Assembly (NCBI GenBank): GCA_049903315.1
Contig: JBNGBT010000001.1
Location: forward strand, 96,001 to 160,000
Length of the DNA stretch: 64,000 nt
Reading direction: 5' to 3'
Origin: Candidatus Cloacimonadota bacterium
GTDB taxonomy: Bacteria > Cloacimonadota > Cloacimonadia > JGIOTU-2
Notes under the pieces: model-generated
The model's input: the letters and a program-made list of their open reading frames with translations, nothing else
What the model was told of the DNA's origin: nothing
Database searches by the model: none
Part shown: in pieces, positions 11,786 through 20,306 of the stretch
Numbering within the stretch: position 1 is the stretch's first letter
Layout: each line of letters opens with the position of its first letter
Translations under genes and position numbers: made by a program

Positions 11786-14119
11786 TTATTCATATTTTAT
11801 TGTATCAATTGGATTTGAATTTGCTGCCTTAAAGGTGTAGTAACTCACTGCAATAATTGCCAGAATGAATTGTGCTAATATCGGCAATATGAAATCCGTG
11901 ATACTGAGATTGATATGATATGCAAATCCCTTTAGAAATGCTTTTGAGAAATAAATCGCAATGGGTATTGATATTACTGTTGCAATTGCTACCCAACGCA
12001 GAAATTTTGCTGTCAAAAGAAAGATAACTCCACGAATGGATGAGCCGAAAACCTTTCTGATGCTAACCTCTTTTGATCTTTGCTCCGTAATATAAGATGA
12101 GAGACCAAACAAACCCAGGCCAGAAATAAACATCGCCAGCACAGCAAAATAACTCATAATAGATCGTGAACGTTGAATACTTCTGTACTGAGCTTCGATC
12201 GTCTCATCAACGAATTTGTATTCAACTGGATATTCCGGAACTATCTCACTTAGTTTTCCTTCAATATATTCAAGTGTACTTTTTACATTGTTGGGTTCAA
12301 GACTAATAAACATCTCATTGCGGAACCAATCCAATTGCGTTATTAGTTGTGGTTGAATGTCTTGTTCCAAAGGTCTATTATGAAAATCTTTGACTACTCC
12401 GACAATATATCCGTCTTCTCCACCCATACTGAATTTCTTACCAATCGGATCATTCATACCCATCATTTTTACTGCTGCTTCATTAACTATGTATTCAATT
12501 TCAGGATGTACGCCTGTATCTTTTTGGAAATCTCCACCTGCCGTAAAAGGTATTTCAAACATGTCGATATATTCCCTATCTGTATAAAGACATCTGAAAA
12601 GAACTCTGTCATCAGTTTCTTTACCTTCCCAACTAACGGAATTGACATACTTGACTGATGCCGGATTGGTGCTGGCAGTAGTAATGGATTTTATGCTTGG
12701 ATTCTTTAGCAGTTCTTCTTTTATTGTTTCATATTTCTTGGAATATCTACTAAAAAAATTCAGCGATATGATCGAATCTTTCTTTAAACCCAAATCTTTA
12801 TTGTTTATATAATTTAACTGATGAACTATCACAAATGTCAGAATTATTAGCGCTACAGAAATTGTGAACTGGAAAACAACGAGGACATTTCTGAATTTTC
12901 TCATTGCTTTTGAACTAAAATAAGCTTTGAAAACTTTGATCGGGTTGTAGGAAGATAGAAATAGAGCCGGATAAATGCCTGATATTATTCCTGTAAATAA
13001 TAATAATATTGGAAATCCCAGAAGAATGAGATTGTTGTTAAGTTGGAACTGTATTGCTTTTCCAGTTAATTCATTGAATTCAGGCAGCAATAATTCTATC
13101 AGAACAAGTGAAACAATCATAGCAAACAAGGTGATCATCACAGATTCGAGAAGGAACTGGTAAATGAGTTGTTTTTTTTGAGCTCCAACGACTTTCCTCA
13201 CACCAACTTCCCTGGCTCGTTTCACCGATCTGGCAGTTGTCAGGTTCACAAAATTTATGCAGGCAAGAAAAAGAATAATTAGCCCAATAGCACTGAAAAC
13301 AAGAACAAGATTCATCCCTTCCAGTTTGTCGTTTGCGGAGAAAAGATGTACTCGTGAAAGGGATTGAAGATAGAGCATATCTTTATCTATGTCTCGAGGG
13401 CTGTAATCAACCAAAGCCGTTCTGAATTTTTCTCTGAAAGAATCTAACGATATATTATCGTGCAATTCAATAAAGCCGGAACTTCCCCAACTCCAAGGAT
13501 CTCCTTGTCCGCCCGTAACAGCAAAGGGCATAATATAATCAAAATAAATGGATGATTTCTCCGGGCAGTCTTCGATAATTCCGGTTACTGTAAAAGGAAC
13601 GCTATTATTGATCATCAAAGATTTACCCATAGCTGGTTCTTTTCCAAAAAACTTCTCTGCTGAAGATTTCGTTAAAATAATCGATGTTATTTCTGTAAGG
13701 GCAGTTTGCGGATTGCCTTCAATTAGTGGAAAAGAAAACATCTCCAGAAAATTAGATTCCGCTAAAAGGAAATTGTCCTCCTGGAATGTTTTATTCTCGT
13801 AGGTTAGAATAAGATCATTTATCGAATGGATCCGGGCAGCATTCTTCACTTCCGAAAAGTTTTCCAGGATAACCGGGACCAATTGATTGGGAATTGTTCT
13901 TCCAACAGAAACTGGAGATGTATCTTCATTGATCATGGAAATCTGATAAATATTATCGAGATTATCATGGAATTTGTCGAACTGTAACTCATCCTGTACC
14001 CATAATAACAAAAGTAAACTTACAGCCATTCCTAATGCTAAACCCAAGACATTGATGAAAGAAAATCCCTTATACCGCAGGATATTTCTAAACGCGATTT
14101 TAAAATAATTTTTAAACAT
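11786..14119 (-). CDS. ABC transporter permease, MacB/FtsX type (777 aa)
   Basis: MFKNY start, CINFVNLTTARS...EVGVRKVVGA, NPIDTIKYE end. Confidence 0.95.
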   Translation of the reverse strand: MFKNYFKIAFRNILRYKGFSFINVLGLALGMAVSLLLLLWVQDELQFDKFHDNLDNIYQISMINEDTSPVSVGRTIPNQLVPVILENFSEVKNAARIHSINDLILTYENKTFQEDNFLLAESNFLEMFSFPLIEGNPQTALTEITSIILTKSSAEKFFGKEPAMGKSLMINNSVPFTVTGIIEDCPEKSSIYFDYIMPFAVTGGQGDPWSWGSSGFIELHDNISLDSFREKFRTALVDYSPRDIDKDMLYLQSLSRVHLFSANDKLEGMNLVLVFSAIGLIILFLACINFVNLTTARSVKRAREVGVRKVVGAQKKQLIYQFLLESVMITLFAMIVSLVLIELLLPEFNELTGKAIQFQLNNNLILLGFPILLLFTGIISGIYPALFLSSYNPIKVFKAYFSSKAMRKFRNVLVVFQFTISVALIILTFVIVHQLNYINNKDLGLKKDSIISLNFFSRYSKKYETIKEELLKNPSIKSITTASTNPASVKYVNSVSWEGKETDDRVLFRCLYTDREYIDMFEIPFTAGGDFQKDTGVHPEIEYIVNEAAVKMMGMNDPIGKKFSMGGEDGYIVGVVKDFHNRPLEQDIQPQLITQLDWFRNEMFISLEPNNVKSTLEYIEGKLSEIVPEYPVEYKFVDETIEAQYRSIQRSRSIMSYFAVLAMFISGLGLFGLSSYITEQRSKEVSIRKVFGSSIRGVIFLLTAKFLRWVAIATVISIPIAIYFSKAFLKGFAYHINLSITDFILPILAQFILAIIAVSYYTFKAANSNPIDTIKYE

Positions 14120-14155
14120 TTATTACCACCTAATAATAGTACACATTAAGATCAT

Positions 14156-15370
14156 TTAAAAAGTTTCAAACCACTCTATTGTTCCGAAAATTGCAGATTG
14201 CCCCGAGCTCTCATGAGTGCCGTTCGGTATTACGGTTAAAATAATATTAATTGCGTCGTTTGCCGTTAAGTTCTCTATAGCTGTATAAGCATTTTGAATA
14301 GGGACAATTTCATCTGATTCCCCATGAAAGAAATGAATCGTGGTTTGTGGTGCCCAATCTAATACTGTATTATCCTGAATTACAGAAAGGAAATCCTGCT
14401 CATTTCCGTTATTAACGTCTGAGATAAATGCTGAATTCATTAATTCGGAGAATGAAGATGGCAGATGATTAACGATTTCACCCCATGTGAGAGACCCATC
14501 AAACAAATCGGGCATCATAGATGCATAAGGTTCATTAAAGAAATCATCCAATCGGTTCCAATTGTATAATGTATTGTAGGATGTTAAAATGAATGCAACA
14601 TATGCAGGATTGCTGTATGAGTTTGATTGAAAAATTGTCTGCATCATCCCTTCCAGGTCATAAGGACCCGAAGATGGTGAAACAGCAGTCAGATTAAATT
14701 CCGAAGTGTATTTCTCTTCAATAACCTTCTGAGTTACTAACGTCACATATCCGCCCTCGGAATAACCTGTCAGGAATGTTCTTCCATCCAAAACAATTTG
14801 ATTCTCTGAGCAGTATATTTTTCCGGAACGCATAAAATCTATTACAGATGGAACCAGAGATTCGGCATGCATGTAAGGATGCATCACATTCGAGACTCCA
14901 AAACCTAAGTAATCGGGAATTAAAACCACATACCCCATAGATGCCATTATTAATCCGACAAAACCTTCTACTGAATTTACCGTTGATACAGATGCTACCA
15001 AATCCCTTTTTGTTTCTGTTCCATGTTGAATACTTACCATTGGTAAATCGGTAATTCCTTGTGGAACGAGAATAGCTCCTGAGGCAATTTGTTCTATGCC
15101 GCTTCCATCAATTGTATAATAAGTTACAGAGATCGCTTCAACAGAATGAGATAAAGTAAACGGTATTGCAAGCTCTACACTTGCGAGCAATTGTTGAATA
15201 TCATTTACCGTCATGGTAGCCATACTTACTACATTTTCAATTTCACCCCTTTCATGAATTTCCGGTTCGAAGGGAATTTTCTTAGATTCATCGCATCCTT
15301 GAAATGTAATTGATATAAGCAGGACAAAAAACAGGAAAAGAACAATTCTAAAATTAAATTTGTGATACAT
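14156..15370 (-). CDS. Lipoprotein alpha/beta hydrolase (secretory lipase-like)
   Basis: Nucleophile elbow GYSEGG, HGT and PDYLGFG motifs, HGESDEIVP and GTHE (Ser-Asp-His triad). Probable start ATG 15370 (GGAG RBS) gives a signal peptide ending FQG-C; the ORF track starts at 15415. Confidence 0.8.
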   Translation of the reverse strand: MYHKFNFRIVLFLFFVLLISITFQGCDESKKIPFEPEIHERGEIENVVSMATMTVNDIQQLLASVELAIPFTLSHSVEAISVTYYTIDGSGIEQIASGAILVPQGITDLPMVSIQHGTETKRDLVASVSTVNSVEGFVGLIMASMGYVVLIPDYLGFGVSNVMHPYMHAESLVPSVIDFMRSGKIYCSENQIVLDGRTFLTGYSEGGYVTLVTQKVIEEKYTSEFNLTAVSPSSGPYDLEGMMQTIFQSNSYSNPAYVAFILTSYNTLYNWNRLDDFFNEPYASMMPDLFDGSLTWGEIVNHLPSSFSELMNSAFISDVNNGNEQDFLSVIQDNTVLDWAPQTTIHFFHGESDEIVPIQNAYTAIENLTANDAINIILTVIPNGTHESSGQSAIFGTIEWFETF

Positions 15371-15554
15371 GATTTTTTTCTCCAATATAAATTTTGATAG
15401 TGTAAAATCCATCACCTTGTATAAATGATTTTACCAATTTCGATTTATCCGAATGCTGCAGAATGAATTCCCATATATTTCTATGAAATCTTACTCCGCA
15501 GTAACGGCAATTTTTATCCGTAAGTTTTTCATTTGATGAATAATTTCTAAACAT
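15354..15554 (-). CDS. Small ORF (66 aa) that begins with a permease-type start MFRNY and then becomes unrelated; possible recombination scar
   Basis: Same 11-nt spacer and start context as the permease starting at 17902; overlaps the lipase start. Confidence 0.4.
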   Translation of the reverse strand: MFRNYSSNEKLTDKNCRYCGVRFHRNIWEFILQHSDKSKLVKSFIQGDGFYTIKIYIGEKNHVSQI

Positions 15555-15607
15555 ATTACATTCTCTTATTCATATTTAATTGATTTGACCGGGTTGAGGT
15601 TTGCTGC
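15540..15607. repeat. Junction direct repeat copy A (65/68 identical to 17888..17955)
   Basis: Manual alignment; perfect 30-nt core ctcttattcatatttaattgatttgaccgg. Confidence 0.95.
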
Positions 15608-17902
15608 TTTAATCGTTTGGAGGCTGATCATCGCGAGAGAAATGATGAGGGTGATACTCCCAGCTATTATGAATATCATTACTCCAACGGTTATTCTAAA
15701 AGCAAAATGTTCAAGCCATTTATGCATTATGACATAGGCAACTGGAAGGGCGATCAGGTCTGCCAGGACGACCCATTTTGTGAATTGAGTAGAAAGTAAT
15801 TTAACGACTTGAGATGCAGAAGAGCCGAGTACTTTACGGATTCCGATCTCTTTTGTTCGCTGTTGGATCATGAAGGTAGATAAGCCAAGTAATCCAAGGC
15901 ATGAAATAATAATTGCAAAAATAGCAAAATATCTGAAGAGTATTCCCAGGCTTATATCGGATTGATAAAGCTCATCAAATTCTTCATCCAGAAAACTATA
16001 CTCAAAAAGAAATTCTGGTGCGATTTGTGTGCTTACTTTTTCGATATAATCCAGTGTTTGCTCTATGTTTGATCCGGAAATTTTTATTGCAATATGGTTA
16101 TCCCACTCAGGTACTGCCACCAAAGCAAGAGGTCTAATATTATTATGAAGTGATTGAAAATTGAAATCCTTTACCACTCCTTTAATGGTACCGTTGACAA
16201 AGGATTTTCCAACAGGATCTTCAATACCTGCGATCTTAACTGCGGTTTCATTCAATATATATTCAAATGCTTCTTCATCATTATATGAATTTTTTGTATA
16301 AAATTCTCCCTCCGCCATTTCAAGGCCGAAGGTGCTTATAAAATCTTTGTCGCAAGAGATGAGGGGAAGGCTGAGAGATGTCTCACCATTATTTCCTTCC
16401 CAGTTCTCAACAGTCATGCTCCATTTAGCTGCCATCCCAAGTTTGCTGGATGTTCGTGTCACACTTGCTATTTGTGGATTCTTTAAAAGTTCAGCTTTGA
16501 ACGCATCATATCTTTCATAGTATGCGTTGTTAAGAGGTAGATAGACAATATTTTCATCATCAAAACCAAGGTTTCTGGAACGTATGAATTGTATTTGCTT
16601 AGACACAACAATGGTTGAGAAAATAAGGATTGTGGATAAGGTGAACTGGAGTACGACCAAAGCTTTCCTGAGAAATGAAGAGTTACCTCTTAGGTTTCCT
16701 TTAAGAACGCTTATTGGTTTGAAAGACGAAAGGAGAAACGCAGGATATAATCCGGAGATAAATCCTGTAAATAATGTGATACCTATAAGAGAAATGAGTG
16801 TTGTACAACTCAATAATTTGAAATGTAATTGTTTATCCGCCAGCCCATTAAAAACCGGAATGAGAATTTCTACGAGAATGACGGCAAGGATAAGAGCAAA
16901 AAAAGCGAGTAAAAGAGATTCTGATATGAACTGGATCTTTAATTGATTCCGCAATGCTCCTACAACCTTACGGACTCCAATTTCACGAGCTCTCTGCATT
17001 GAACGGACAGTGGAAAGATTCATGAAATTTATACAGGCGATCAATAGAATGAAAAAGGCAATTGATGAAAAAATGTAGACATAGATCATCTTACCTGGGC
17101 TGCCATCAAGGTTGTACAAATGGATCGATGTCAGAGGTTGAAGAAAGAACTCACGTCCGAGTTCCGGAATAATTTCATCAATGCAGAGGTTGATATTCTC
17201 CTCAACCTTTTGTACTGATGCTTTATCATTCAAAAGTAAAAAAGTATTAAAACCAAAATCTCCCCATTCGTCCTCACCTCCATAACCCATGATCTCTGGC
17301 AAGCGGCTGAATTGTATTAGGAAATCAAATTCCAAATGGCTTCCTGCAGAAAGCGGTTTTAACACACCATCAACCCGTAGGTCGATTTGGTTATCTATAT
17401 TAATAATTTTTCCAATTGGATTTTCTTCAGGAAAGAAGATATCTGCCATCTCTTGTGAAATCACTGCTGATTGAAGATCGGTAAGAGATGAAGATGGATT
17501 GCCCTGTGCAAAGGGAAGGGTGAAAATATTAAAAATACTGTTGTCTGTATAACCAGCTTTTACCTTTAATTTTTTTTCTCCAACACTTACAAGTACCATT
17601 CCTTCATTATGAAATCTCGCAGCGTCTTCTATTTCGGGATATCTCTCTTTGATGGTTTGCGCCATAGGGGGTGGTGTCCTCCAGTGTTGCATGTGTCTTC
17701 CATTTGAGATGTAAGAGAAATTAACCCGATAGATTCTTTCAGCATTTTCATTGAATCTGTCATAGTTGTACTCATCTTGAATCCAAAGTAGTATCAAGAT
17801 GCACACAGCCATGCCAATGGCAAGTCCAGCAATATTTATGAACGAAAATCCTTTTTTTCTGGAAATATTTCTAAAGGCGATGATTATATAATTTCTTAAC
17901 AT
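15566..17902 (-). CDS. ABC transporter permease, MacB/FtsX type (778 aa)
   Basis: MLRNY start, CINFMNLSTVRS...EIGVRKVVGA, ends QTIKAANLNPVKSIKYE. Confidence 0.95.
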   Translation of the reverse strand: MLRNYIIIAFRNISRKKGFSFINIAGLAIGMAVCILILLWIQDEYNYDRFNENAERIYRVNFSYISNGRHMQHWRTPPPMAQTIKERYPEIEDAARFHNEGMVLVSVGEKKLKVKAGYTDNSIFNIFTLPFAQGNPSSSLTDLQSAVISQEMADIFFPEENPIGKIINIDNQIDLRVDGVLKPLSAGSHLEFDFLIQFSRLPEIMGYGGEDEWGDFGFNTFLLLNDKASVQKVEENINLCIDEIIPELGREFFLQPLTSIHLYNLDGSPGKMIYVYIFSSIAFFILLIACINFMNLSTVRSMQRAREIGVRKVVGALRNQLKIQFISESLLLAFFALILAVILVEILIPVFNGLADKQLHFKLLSCTTLISLIGITLFTGFISGLYPAFLLSSFKPISVLKGNLRGNSSFLRKALVVLQFTLSTILIFSTIVVSKQIQFIRSRNLGFDDENIVYLPLNNAYYERYDAFKAELLKNPQIASVTRTSSKLGMAAKWSMTVENWEGNNGETSLSLPLISCDKDFISTFGLEMAEGEFYTKNSYNDEEAFEYILNETAVKIAGIEDPVGKSFVNGTIKGVVKDFNFQSLHNNIRPLALVAVPEWDNHIAIKISGSNIEQTLDYIEKVSTQIAPEFLFEYSFLDEEFDELYQSDISLGILFRYFAIFAIIISCLGLLGLSTFMIQQRTKEIGIRKVLGSSASQVVKLLSTQFTKWVVLADLIALPVAYVIMHKWLEHFAFRITVGVMIFIIAGSITLIISLAMISLQTIKAANLNPVKSIKYE

Positions 17903-17955
17903 ATTACATACTCTTATTCATATTTAATTGATTTGACCGGATTGAGGTTTGCTGC
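17888..17955. repeat. Junction direct repeat copy B
   Basis: Spans the 5' end of gene 15566..17902, the spacer and the 3' end of gene 17914..20298. Confidence 0.95.
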
Positions 17956-20298
17956 CTTTATAGTCTGAAAACTCACCGTGAATGTTGCAATGAGAATGAC
18001 TGCAATACCAGAAAGCACAAAGGTGAGAGGATTGATCGAAGAGCGATAGATGAAACCGTCGATCCACTTGCTCATGGCATACCAAGTTACAGGAATTGCA
18101 AGCACATTGGCTATAAGTACCCACTTGAGGAAGCTTTTAGTGAGTAGGAACGTGATCTTTCGTGAAGAAGCTCCCAGCACTTTTCTGATCCCGACCTCTT
18201 TTGTTCGCTGCTCAGTCATAAAGGAAGATAGTCCCAGCAATCCCATACATGAGATAATGATTGCAATGATAGAGAAAGATCGAATTTGATCAGAGAAATT
18301 ACGCTCTCTGTAAAATTGATAGGAAAACTGCTGGTCAAAACTCTCAATGTGAAGTTCACTATCCGGTACTAATTCGATATGTGCAGACCTGATCTTATCC
18401 AGTGTCTCCTCATCATTACGCCCATCGAGTTTTACCATGGTCTGGTACATTCTCTCATCATATACGATGAACATAGGATTGATATTTCTTTTAACCGTTG
18501 TAAAATTGAAATCCTTTACCACACCTATTACTTCACGCTCTTCAGTCGTCTCATCTTCGTTGAACAACTTCACGATCTTTCCGATCGGTTCATCCCAACC
18601 TGCGTATTTCACCGCTGTTTCATTAAGGATGATCGATCTGAGTGTATCGGTACTTAAATTACGCGAGAAATTTCTTCCTTTTACTAGCTTCATATTCAGA
18701 GCAGGAAATAGATGGTCATCAACGATCAGGCGGTCATACATACAGTCTTTTTCGCCGGATTCAGCGAATGTTTTTATCTGGTATTTCTGCAGCGTCCCAC
18801 CTGGAAGACTTCCTATTGATGTAACATACTCAACACCCGGAATCGAGCTGATCTTATCATTGAAAACCCCTCTATTTTCAGGAATATTAATGTTGGATAT
18901 CAAGTAAACATTTTCTCTATTATATCCAAGATCGACCTTTTGCAGGAATTTCATGTGTTGCCCTGCAATGAGTAATGCAGATATCAGAGAGATTGTGATC
19001 GTGAATTGTCCTACAACGAGGATTTTACGTAGAGCAAGCCCATTTTTGGTTTTGGAAAAAGCACCTTTTAAAACAATTATTGGATTGAAATTCGACATGA
19101 TCAATGCGGGATATAAACCTGCAAGAAGACCAATTATCAAAGGGATAATAATAGTACCTAAAAGGAGATAATTCACTGACAACAAATCAAAGATTCCTCT
19201 GAAAGGTAAATTGAGTATAGGGATGAATATCTCTAGTAATAGCAGAGCAAAAAGTGTAGATATATATGTTATTACTATTGATTCTCCAAGAAACTGCCAC
19301 ATTACTTGTGCACGTTGCCCACCAACTACCTTTCGTACTCCCACTTCCCGGGCTCTACGCATTGCTTTCGCTGTTGTAAGGTTTACATAGTTGAATGATG
19401 CGATAAGCAGAACGAGAAAAGCGATCAAAAGAGAGGTATATACTGACGCAGAATCTTTATGCCCTACATTCATCAGATTGAAACTGAGGTGTTCGGATTT
19501 CAGGTGCATATCCTTCATGGGTATGAATTCTGCGGTCCAAATCTTAGCAAAACCCTTCTCATGGCTGTGCGCGGTTATTTTTTCCTTCAACTCTGTCATA
19601 TTGACATTATCGAGGACTTTTATATATCCGGACAGAGCTGCATTCGTCCAGGAATCCCACCATATTGGATTTAATTCAAGATCAATCGGATAGACCACGC
19701 TGAACCTTATTTGTGTATTCAGCGGAAGATCTTTTATGATGCCTGCAACGAATTTGTCTTCATACCCTGTAAAATAGATTGGTTTTCCTATTGGATTTTC
19801 TTCGCCAAAAAGTCTTTCTGAGAACTCTTCGGTAAGATAAACACCATTGGGATCCATGAGTGGATCTTGATCATTACCCTGAACGATAGGGAAGTTGAAC
19901 ATTTCAAAGAAGTCAGGATCAGCACCGATTAAAAAAGCACCGATTTCTTCAGGAGGTACTTCATCATTACCTACCTCTTTTGTAAATGAGGAACCCATAG
20001 ATGTTATGCGTACAGAATGAGAGACTTCCGGGAAATCTTCTTTTAAGCTTTTAACAAGCGGTCCAGAAGTGATTCCATAAACAATCTGGTTATCCCCTTC
20101 GGAATCCTCTCGAGTTGTTACACGGTATAAATTGTTGATATCTTCATGGAAAGTGTCGTAGGTAAGATCAATGATAACCTGAGATGATATAAGAATGAAA
20201 ATTGCAAGCCCGATTGAGAATCCCAGTATTGTGATGATAGAGAAAGCTTTCTGCCGAACAAGATTTCGAAAGGTGACCGAAACGAAGTTCTTAAACAT
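17914..20298 (-). CDS. ABC transporter permease, MacB/FtsX type (~794 aa)
   Basis: MFKNF start (ATG 20298 has the better-spaced AGGA RBS; ORF track starts at 20304), both FtsX motifs, ends QTIKAANLNPVKSIKYE. Confidence 0.95.
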   Translation of the reverse strand: MFKNFVSVTFRNLVRQKAFSIITILGFSIGLAIFILISSQVIIDLTYDTFHEDINNLYRVTTREDSEGDNQIVYGITSGPLVKSLKEDFPEVSHSVRITSMGSSFTKEVGNDEVPPEEIGAFLIGADPDFFEMFNFPIVQGNDQDPLMDPNGVYLTEEFSERLFGEENPIGKPIYFTGYEDKFVAGIIKDLPLNTQIRFSVVYPIDLELNPIWWDSWTNAALSGYIKVLDNVNMTELKEKITAHSHEKGFAKIWTAEFIPMKDMHLKSEHLSFNLMNVGHKDSASVYTSLLIAFLVLLIASFNYVNLTTAKAMRRAREVGVRKVVGGQRAQVMWQFLGESIVITYISTLFALLLLEIFIPILNLPFRGIFDLLSVNYLLLGTIIIPLIIGLLAGLYPALIMSNFNPIIVLKGAFSKTKNGLALRKILVVGQFTITISLISALLIAGQHMKFLQKVDLGYNRENVYLISNINIPENRGVFNDKISSIPGVEYVTSIGSLPGGTLQKYQIKTFAESGEKDCMYDRLIVDDHLFPALNMKLVKGRNFSRNLSTDTLRSIILNETAVKYAGWDEPIGKIVKLFNEDETTEEREVIGVVKDFNFTTVKRNINPMFIVYDERMYQTMVKLDGRNDEETLDKIRSAHIELVPDSELHIESFDQQFSYQFYRERNFSDQIRSFSIIAIIISCMGLLGLSSFMTEQRTKEVGIRKVLGASSRKITFLLTKSFLKWVLIANVLAIPVTWYAMSKWIDGFIYRSSINPLTFVLSGIAVILIATFTVSFQTIKAANLNPVKSIKYE

Positions 20299-20306
20299 TG
20301 CCATTC

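Noticed and set aside
15540..17955. Diversity-generating retroelement TR/VR pair
   Set aside because: The three mismatches are not consistently at adenines of one copy, and no reverse transcriptase is in the window.
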